Shown here in pieces: positions 59,740 to 64,000 of a stretch of 64,000 bases of DNA; position 1 is the stretch's first letter; each line of letters begins with the position of its first letter. The DNA is from Clostridia bacterium (GTDB taxonomy: Bacteria > Bacillota > DSM-521 > Neomoorellales > JACIYF01). Made by a program: the position numbers and the translations under genes. The notes under the pieces are model-generated. The model did no database searches. It was not told where the DNA came from and worked only from the letters and a program-made list of their open reading frames with translations. The DNA is taken from the NCBI GenBank assembly GCA_014360065.1, contig JACIYF010000001.1, positions 9,176 to 73,175 of the forward strand, in the 5' to 3' direction.

Positions 59740-60819
59740 TTAGAACAGCGCCCGCTGGATAACCGGGACCTCTACAGCCGGGGCCTCTGCACCCGCCTGC
59801 CTCCGCCCCTTTTCCGCGCCGCCATCCTCCTGCCCGATCTCTTCCTCCGCTCCCGCTTCCTCCACCTTTTCTGCCTTCTTCTTCTCCAGCTCCGCCTTGA
59901 GCCGCGCCACCAGTTTTTCGAAATCCTGCCCCGGTTTCTCGATAACCGCCTTCCGCTTGGCCGGAGGCATGCCCAGAAGCACCATCAACCGGACCGCCTC
60001 CTCCCTGAGCCCGGGACCCTCTTCTTCTCCTTCTTCCGCCGCAAGCCCCTCTGCCTCCGCTTCGCCCTCGGGTTCTACCGGGACGGCATGCGGAAACAGA
60101 TCATCTGGCGGCTCGTCCATATTGATCTCCGGCAGCAGCAGCTCAGGCAGCTTCTTCTGGCTGGCCGCCAGCACATCCACCATGCGCAGGTTTTCGGTGG
60201 CGAGATCCATCACAAAGACCACCTTTTTCTTGCCCTCCACCTGCACTTCTTTCGGCCTGATGACCAGCCTGAGCGGGATCATGGCGATCCTTCCGCCAGT
60301 AAGTAACCTGACCATCTCGATTGCCGAATTGAGGTTGACGATCGAGTGGTAACTCGAGGTATCGATCTGCCACACTCCTATCCCCGGTACTTTGGGCAGA
60401 AGAAACCTGAGCGTCCCCACCGGCCTGCAGTGCTGCTTCTTCGCCCACTCGCACTCGGCGGGGACGCACTCGATCTCCCGCATCTCCCCGGTTTCCCGGT
60501 CGATCTCCATGGCCGACTCCCCATCTCCCTTGCAGATGAGCCCGGTCCCCGAGCCGTAACGCCGGTAATACTGGGGAAAGATCTGCTCGGGGTCGTTAGT
60601 GGGGAACATCACATCCAGCGCCCGTGGCTGGTCCCCGTACACCGCATGGAAAGCCTTCGCCATCTCTTCCGAGGTGGGGCCTCCATCCGCCCGGCACACG
60701 AAGAAGTCCACCGCCTTCGGGTACTCATTCCCGGTCCTCTTCGAGGTCTGCTTGATCCCGAGCCTGATCTTCCCGAGCCGGGGCAGCCTCCTCACATCCG
60801 AAATCCCCTTAATGGGCAT
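59740..60819 (-). CDS. conserved phage protein, unknown function (candidate annealing/ssDNA-binding partner by position)
   Basis: 359 aa. The N-terminal 240 aa look globular (LPRLGKIRLG...). The tail is acidic and low-complexity. It occupies the slot taken by recT in prophage A. Confidence 0.5.
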   Translation of the reverse strand: MPIKGISDVRRLPRLGKIRLGIKQTSKRTGNEYPKAVDFFVCRADGGPTSEEMAKAFHAVYGDQPRALDVMFPTNDPEQIFPQYYRRYGSGTGLICKGDGESAMEIDRETGEMREIECVPAECEWAKKQHCRPVGTLRFLLPKVPGIGVWQIDTSSYHSIVNLNSAIEMVRLLTGGRIAMIPLRLVIRPKEVQVEGKKKVVFVMDLATENLRMVDVLAASQKKLPELLLPEINMDEPPDDLFPHAVPVEPEGEAEAEGLAAEEGEEEGPGLREEAVRLMVLLGMPPAKRKAVIEKPGQDFEKLVARLKAELEKKKAEKVEEAGAEEEIGQEDGGAEKGRRQAGAEAPAVEVPVIQRALF

Positions 60820-60997
60820 AAACCTTTTGCCTCCTCTCCTCTCTAGACCACATGATCCAGACCCGCATCGCCAGAAGATACAGCTTAAAATCGCTGACTT
60901 TTCCGCAAAAGCTCGCGATACCGCGCATCAGCCTTCCTCCTCGCTCGGCCTTGACCCGCTCATTTCCGCCTGCTACAATAAACCAGGGTGGGTTCAT
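60809..60997 (-). CDS. hypothetical small protein
   Basis: 62 aa starting at MNPPWF. TGATG coupling to the upstream stop. An internal GGAGGA-ATG alternative start exists at 60928. Confidence 0.35.
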   Translation of the reverse strand: MNPPWFIVAGGNERVKAERGGRLMRGIASFCGKVSDFKLYLLAMRVWIMWSREERRQKVYAH

Positions 60998-61542
60998 CAA
61001 TAGGCGGCTCCCAGAGCCGTCTTTCCTTTTAGCCCTTTCCTTTCTCCCGCCTTTGCCCCGAGCTCCAGAACTCCCAGCTTCGCCGCGAACTGCTTGAGCT
61101 CTCCGATCTCCCGCTCGAGCTCGCATAGCTCCCTGATGATCCGTGCGAACTCCGAGAGCTCCGAGCCCTCCAGCCTGCCATCGGCAGCGATCGCCACCAG
61201 CCGCGACTTCACCCGCTCCGCGTCATCCATCTCCTTGAGCACCCCAAGCACCACCCCGGCGAGGTTGTCGCATTCATAGTCGTAGGCGATCACCCGCCCG
61301 ATAGGGCATGCCCTCGCGCACCAGCGCCCGGGCAGCGCCTGATCGCCATACACTTCCGCCATCTTCAGCACCACCTCCGGCGGGGCGATGGTATGCCCAT
61401 TTTCGTAGGAGGTGAGCGTCCGCCTGCCGATATTAAGCCGGTCCGCCGCCTCCTGCTGGCTCAGCCCCGCCTTCTTCCGGGCCTCTTTCAGCACCTTTTC
61501 CACCTCCTTTCCGGGGTAACATCTCCAGCAGGACACGACCAC
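60997..61542 (-). CDS. XRE-family HTH protein with C-terminal extension
   Basis: LKEARKKAGLSQQEAADRLNIGRRTLTSYENG. The start is uncertain because it overlaps the upstream gene. Confidence 0.6.
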   Translation of the reverse strand: MVVSCWRCYPGKEVEKVLKEARKKAGLSQQEAADRLNIGRRTLTSYENGHTIAPPEVVLKMAEVYGDQALPGRWCARACPIGRVIAYDYECDNLAGVVLGVLKEMDDAERVKSRLVAIAADGRLEGSELSEFARIIRELCELEREIGELKQFAAKLGVLELGAKAGERKGLKGKTALGAAY

Positions 61543-61817
61543 AGAGCGCTAAGCGCGCGCTCTGTGGCCTGCACCTGCCGCCGGTAAAGCTGCCGCGCCT
61601 CCGCTATCAGATCCCGCTTCAGGTCTTGCTCTTGGGGCTCAAGCTCGGGAGCTGATGCAAGTGATTCCAAGAGCCCTTCTAGTGGGATTCGGATGGCGCG
61701 CCCTATGCGCAGGGCCGGTATCTTCTTCTGGCGGACCATCTCATATACGCTCCATGCAGAGACCTTGAGCAAGTCCGCCGCTTCCGGGACGGTGAGAATG
61801 GTTGGTGCGTTCATCAT
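61488..61817 (-). CDS. excisionase-family HTH DNA-binding protein
   Basis: LTVPEAADLLKVSAWSVYEMVRQKKIPALRIG. Confidence 0.6.
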   Translation of the reverse strand: MMNAPTILTVPEAADLLKVSAWSVYEMVRQKKIPALRIGRAIRIPLEGLLESLASAPELEPQEQDLKRDLIAEARQLYRRQVQATERALSALWSCPAGDVTPERRWKRC

Positions 61818-61850
61818 CCTGCCTCCTCGAACTCGAAAGACAGAAAGCCG

Positions 61851-62093
61851 CTAGCCCGCCTCTTCATCAGGCGAACCAGCGGCATACGGATCCATCAGCG
61901 CGGTCACGGGCACTTCAAGCGCCCCTGCAACCTTTCTCAGCGTCCGCATCAGGGGCGATACCTGCCCATGCTCCCAGTAGAACAACGTCGCCTTCGATAC
62001 TCCCGCTGCCCTCGCCAGTTCCGCTAACGACAGCCCACGCCGGGTGCGCCAGTACCGAAGGGCCATATTCCCTCGCTGGGTCATTTCGGCCAT
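61851..62093 (-). CDS. Cro-like XRE HTH regulator
   Basis: Start MAEM after GGGAGGGAG. RRGLSLAELARAAGVSKATLFYWEHG. Confidence 0.65.
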   Translation of the reverse strand: MAEMTQRGNMALRYWRTRRGLSLAELARAAGVSKATLFYWEHGQVSPLMRTLRKVAGALEVPVTALMDPYAAGSPDEEAG

Positions 62094-62281
62094 GTCCCGC
62101 TCCCTCCCCTCATGCTGCCATGATACCAACACATTATAATCATGTCAAGACCAATTCACGGAAATTCAATAAATCGCCTCCTGCATGTTCACTTAATTGA
62201 TATAAGATCCTCTAGACTTATCCATTCTGCCTGCAATAGAATCAATGTATTGATATGGGAATCGAGGAGGAGAATTTGAAA
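62094..62281. promoter_or_regulatory. divergent cro/cI control region with ATTGAT-type operators
   Basis: Palindrome ATCAATgtATTGAT at 62241..62254. ATTGATAT also occurs at 62196..62203 and 62249..62256. TAGAAT -10-like hexamer at 62236..62241. Confidence 0.45.
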
Positions 62282-62833
62282 ATGTCGATCGGAAAAAAGA
62301 TCCGCAAGCTGCGCGAAGCTCAAGGGTACACCATAGAAACCCTCGCCCAGGCTGCAGGGGTAGCCAAAGGGACGGTGGCCCGGCTGGAGATGGGCGCCGG
62401 GACCCCGCGCATCGACACTTTAGAAGTTATCGCCAAAACCTTGGGGACTACACTGGAAGATCTTATCGCTGCCTCAGATATCGATGAAACAGACCCTGCT
62501 GAGGCCGAGATTCAGGGCATCGCCGACATCATCCGCCGTCTCCGGCCCGAACAGCGCCGCGCCCTGCGGGAATTCCTCCTTACCATGTTCGAAATCCCCA
62601 AGGGCCGTATTTTCGACCTTATCCCTAAAGGGGAGGCCAATCTTGCGGACGCTCTGGTTCGGGCTGCCGATATCGCTTACCGCGCAAACCTCTCTGACAG
62701 CACGCGCAAAGAGCTTTTTGACGCCACCGTCAAATATTACGGCAGCACCGAAGAGGCAGCGCCATTTGCCGCCCACGATCCCGAACCTAAGCCGAACCTG
62801 GAGAAAAGAGCAGGGCATGCCGATAACAATTAG
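62282..62833 (+). CDS. cI-like XRE-family repressor
   Basis: Start MSIGKK after GAGGAGG. IRKLREAQGYTIETLAQAAGVAKGTVARLE. Confidence 0.7.
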   Translation: MSIGKKIRKLREAQGYTIETLAQAAGVAKGTVARLEMGAGTPRIDTLEVIAKTLGTTLEDLIAASDIDETDPAEAEIQGIADIIRRLRPEQRRALREFLLTMFEIPKGRIFDLIPKGEANLADALVRAADIAYRANLSDSTRKELFDATVKYYGSTEEAAPFAAHDPEPKPNLEKRAGHADNN

Positions 62834-62873
62834 ACATCAGCATATCTAAACTTTTTTAGTCCGGAGGTTTCTC

Positions 62874-63401
62874 ATGAGCCCGCCAATTCCAACTCTGGAG
62901 GATTTGCTATCTCTTGTTGCCGGTCTTGGGTGCCGGGTAGAGCAGCGCCCAAGCCTCGCTGCCAGCCTCGGCTTTTCCGGCATTACCACCGGGCGCACCA
63001 TCATCATCGATTCTTCTCTTTCCGCGCGCGAGAAAAAAAGCGTGCTGGCAGAAGAAATCGGGCACATCCTCCACGCCCCGCCCGAAAGCCATGCTGTTTT
63101 TTACTCGCCCCGCTTCCGCCGCCTTGACTTCGATCGCCGGTCCCGCCTCGCCTACCGGGTGGGTAGAGACGAGACCCGCGCCCGCCGCTGGGCCGCTGAA
63201 TTCCTGGTCCCGCAATCCGCCTTTCTCGAGTTCGCGCAGACCGGACCTCACTCCCTGCCCGACTGGTGCGATTACTTCGAGGTATCTGAATGGCTGATGT
63301 TGGTCCGCTTCCAATTGACCGAGATCCGCTCTTATCCTGCTTCGCATGCGAATCGATCTCTGAATAACAAACAATTGCAGCGAGGTGAACCGCTATGGTG
63401 A
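62874..63401 (+). CDS. ImmA/IrrE-family (DUF955) metallopeptidase-like protein
   Basis: LAEEIGHILH block, colinear with 13064..13504. Confidence 0.6.
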   Translation: MSPPIPTLEDLLSLVAGLGCRVEQRPSLAASLGFSGITTGRTIIIDSSLSAREKKSVLAEEIGHILHAPPESHAVFYSPRFRRLDFDRRSRLAYRVGRDETRARRWAAEFLVPQSAFLEFAQTGPHSLPDWCDYFEVSEWLMLVRFQLTEIRSYPASHANRSLNNKQLQRGEPLW

Positions 63402-64000
63402 GAGGGCACATCGAGCAGCGCTACAAGACTACCTTCACCATCATCCTCGACCTGGGAAGAGATGCCAGCGGCAAGCGCAAGAGGATCGCCAAGAGCTTCA
63501 AAGGGAGCAAGCGCGAAGCCGAGGCCGAAATGCTCCGCATGATCGCCGAATACGAAAAAGGCCAATACATAAAGCCCAGCCGCATCACCACCGCCGAATT
63601 CCTCGACCGCTGGCTCAGCACCGCCCGCCACGCCGTGAGCCCGAAAACCGCCGAGCGCTACGCTGATTACATCAAAGCCGCCGTCTCCGCGCTCGGCAGC
63701 ATCCGCCTCCAAGAGCTCAACCCCATCCACTTAGAAGAATTCTACGACCAGCTCAGGAACTCCGGCCTCAGCGCCAGAACCATCCTCCACCACCACCGGG
63801 TCCTGCACACCGCCCTGAACGCGGCGGTCAACTACCGGCTCCTGGCCGAAAACCCGGCCGATCGCGCCCAGCCGCCCAAGCCCGAGCCGCCCGAAATGCA
63901 GATCCTCACCCAAGAACAGCTCGCCGAGCTGATCTGGGATGCGCGGAACAGCAAATACTTCCCGCTCCTCTACCTTGCCGCCTATACCGGCATGCGCCGG
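63395..64000 (+). CDS. int: tyrosine recombinase / phage integrase, N-terminal 202 codons (truncated by window end; absent from the ORF track because no stop is reached)
   Basis: Hand translation from ATG 63395: MVRGHIEQRYKTTFTIILDLGRDASGKRKRIAKSF...ITTAEFLDRWL...LLYLAAYTGMRR (Arg I). Same architecture as 14708..15874. Confidence 0.85.
   Translation, partial: MVRGHIEQRYKTTFTIILDLGRDASGKRKRIAKSFKGSKREAEAEMLRMIAEYEKGQYIKPSRITTAEFLDRWLSTARHAVSPKTAERYADYIKAAVSALGSIRLQELNPIHLEEFYDQLRNSGLSARTILHHHRVLHTALNAAVNYRLLAENPADRAQPPKPEPPEMQILTQEQLAELIWDARNSKYFPLLYLAAYTGMRR

Larger units (their letters stand above)
15931..64000. mobile_element. Prophage B, near-complete siphovirus-like prophage; right end (att site) lies beyond the window
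   Basis: Accessory operon, tRNA, lysis, tail, head, terminase, replication, immunity and integrase genes in canonical temperate-phage order. The left boundary is inferred from the tRNA-Val core fragment. An alternative left boundary at tRNA-Thr (~19047) cannot be excluded. Confidence 0.65.

Overview
The window is almost entirely temperate-phage DNA in a moderately GC-rich, Firmicutes-like background. The host guess rests on gene content: Amidase_3 endolysin, RecU, G39P-like loader, ArpU-like regulator, XkdF protease and SPP1-type MuF. I read it as two related but divergent prophages in head-to-tail tandem.

Prophage A (1..~15880; the window starts inside it) shows only its right half. On the minus strand it has dnaN, zinc-ribbon genes, a tRNA-like structured RNA, a C5 DNA methyltransferase, a 3D-domain protein, dnaB, a DnaD-like replisome organizer, an MBL hydrolase, recT and an SMC-like ATPase. 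These are followed by a cro/cI switch, ImmA, an AT-richer HsdR_N-type nuclease gene and a tyrosine integrase.

Seven nt after that integrase lies a 50-nt 3' fragment of tRNA-Val(UAC). It is flanked on both sides by GGGCACA-type repeats, which makes the junction look like an attP site.

Prophage B (~15931..>64000) opens with a six-gene plus-strand accessory operon that has a consensus promoter and a terminator, followed by tRNA-Thr(UGU). The rest runs on the minus strand: lysis, tail, head and packaging genes, a ParB/GT-A-like/ASCH/deoxyribosyltransferase-like cluster, RecU, a second dnaN, a second 3D-domain gene, a helicase loader with no helicase, a replisome organizer, an SMC-like ATPase, a Cas4-like nuclease and early regulators. 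It ends with cro/cI, ImmA and a second integrase that is cut by the window end.

The most unusual object is a 1676-codon ORF in the prohead-protease position. It fuses nucleotidyltransferase, SAM-methyltransferase, ATP-dependent ligase, UDG-like and LigD-phosphoesterase-like domains to an XkdF protease, and the phosphoesterase-like part is interrupted by a LAGLIDADG intein. It sits next to a MuF-ADP-ribosyltransferase protein.

All calls come from reading the translations and sequence by eye. No database search was run, so family names are recognition-level hypotheses.
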